Source: Neophaeotheca triangularis (lineage: Eukaryota). Taken from it: DNA of 20,000 bases. The position numbers and the translations under genes are program-made. Numbering within the stretch: position 1 is the stretch's first letter; the number at the start of each line of letters is the position of its first letter. The stretch spans positions 46,128-66,127 of the forward strand of contig BAAIJX010000080.1 in the NCBI GenBank assembly GCA_054600435.1, given 5' to 3'. The notes under the pieces are model-generated. The model did not search any database and had not been told where the DNA came from. It saw only the letters and a program-made list of their open reading frames with translations. Shown one piece after another: positions 19,657 to 20,000 of this stretch.

Positions 19657-19916
19657 GTAGGTAGTAGGTAGCAGGTAGTAGGTAGTAGTAGCTACATCAC
19701 GGGCCCACAGCAACATCTGGTACGGGCTTCCGTTACTACTACTCTCCCTCCTACTCCCCCGTATTCGCAAACCTGGCGATTCTTGCATTCAACCATGTTC
19801 ATTTCGCCCTCTTTCCCTATCAAGTCAGCAACGGTAGCCGTTGAGGTAACGTTTAATAAGTAGAAGCTCATCTTGTTGGCTCTACTAGTACCTACTACCT
19901 ACTACCTACAACCTAC
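19657..19916. repeat. 35-bp imperfect inverted repeat made of GTAGTAG/GTAG units (arms 19657-19691 and 19882-19916)
   Basis: Left arm gtaggtagtaggtagcaggtagtaggtagtagtag versus the reverse complement of the right arm gtaggttgtaggtagtaggtagtaggtactagtag: 32 of 35 identical, with a 190-bp spacer. Confidence 0.85.
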
Positions 19917-19929
19917 TCTCCAATAGCTC

Positions 19930-19931
<2 letters not shown>

Positions 19932-19968
<37 letters not shown>

Positions 19969-20000
19969 CGGCGGGGGGGGGGGGGGGGGCGCGGGGGGCG
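19932..20000 (+). repeat. Poly-G tract (G37, then G runs interrupted by C) reaching the window end
   Basis: Uninterrupted G from 19932 to 19968, then sporadic C. Confidence 0.95.

Noticed and set aside
18737..19800. Short ORFs (75-94 aa) right of the DLH/SnoaL gene
   Set aside because: No domain or codon signal; one is partly a translation of the TAC/CTA repeat.

Overview
A gene-dense eukaryotic window from a filamentous ascomycete (Pezizomycotina, plausibly a Dothideomycete; inferred from short GT-AG introns with CTRAC branch points and from protein style). Nine intact housekeeping or metabolic genes are present, in order: TBC Rab-GAP (-), CHR chromate transporter (-, 1 intron), PhzF-like isomerase (+), DNA primase small subunit PRI1 (-), DUF1917/Bles03-like protein (+, 1 probable intron), Ace2/Swi5-type C2H2 transcription factor (-, 5'UTR intron), ubiquitin-eS31 fusion (+, 2 introns), DIM1 18S rRNA dimethylase (-), and a dienelactone-hydrolase-like/SnoaL fusion (+). 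There is also a possible decayed ORF at the left edge, a (GATAA)10 array, a 35-bp inverted repeat and a terminal poly-G tract. I see no transposase, RNA gene, CRISPR array or secondary-metabolite cluster. The most interesting signal is a 22-nt run of perfect splice signals (GTAAGT..TACTAAC.CAG) inside the Ace2/Swi5 coding sequence. Together with the 5'UTR donor, it could yield an isoform lacking the two N-terminal Cbk1/COT-1 consensus sites. All family calls come from motif recognition; no database search was run.
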